A stretch of 51,758 nucleotides of DNA, from contig CM082591.2 of assembly GCA_040954595.2 (NCBI GenBank), positions 8,996,859 through 9,048,616 of the forward strand. Reading direction: 5' to 3'. Origin of the DNA: Balanoglossus misakiensis. Taxonomy: Eukaryota; Animalia; Hemichordata. The notes beneath the pieces were generated by a model, which had not been told where the DNA came from, did not search any database, and saw nothing but the letters and a program-made list of their open reading frames with translations. Positions 51,413-51,758 of this stretch are shown here, in pieces (position 1 is the first letter of the stretch; every line of letters starts with the position of its first letter). The translations under genes were made by a program, and so were the position numbers.

Positions 51413-51758
51413 TGAGTGAATGCGATGATGATGATTGTGATGATGATGGATGAAGGTTTGTTTGTTTGTTTGTTTGTTTGTAGGTAGGTATGGAGGTAGG
51501 TGATGAAGATGATGAAGATGATGATGAAGATGATGATAATGATGATGATTGTGATGATGATGAAGATGATGATGATGAATATGAAGAAAATGAAAAAATA
51601 AAGATGATGATGATGGTGATGAAGATGATGATGATTGTGATGATGATGATGGAATGATATGATGAAATGATGAAGATGAGGATGATGAAGATGAGGATGA
51701 TGATGGGTGATGATGATGATGATGATGATGATGGTGATGAAGAGGATGAGTGATGATG
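46645..51758 (-). repeat. Same complex satellite in inverted orientation, (ATG)n on the + strand
   Basis: GAT/GAA-GAT/ATT-GTG array punctuated by GATGGAGGTTTG(TTTG)nTAGGTAGGTATGGAGGTAAGGTG, the reverse complement of the left spacer motif. Confidence 0.97.

Overview
Eukaryotic, probably invertebrate animal, repeat-dense DNA with no recognisable host gene. The whole window is one giant interrupted palindrome. From left to right: a G-poor (CAT)n-based complex satellite (1-~5629), a left arm (~5630-13246), a ~24-kb central region of nested transposons, the same arm in inverted orientation (~37184-46644), and the reverse-complement (ATG)n satellite (~46645-end). Both arms carry the same decayed L2-type LINE with the same nested antisense CR1-type LINE. 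They differ by independent later insertions whose empty sites are visible in the opposite arm: a Harbinger-type MITE on the left; a pogo/Tc1-type MITE, two hairpin-rich Crypton-like inserts and a TTAA-starting fragment on the right. The centre holds three units: (1) a LINE ORF1 split by an Academ-like long-TIR element; (2) a two-gene, intron-containing PIF/Harbinger-superfamily (Pangu-like) transposon with a very young, nearly intact Gypsy LTR element inside it; (3) a decayed Gmr1-type Gypsy element (integrase upstream of RT) that is cut off at the right arm. All family assignments come from motif and terminal-structure recognition by eye, with no database searches.
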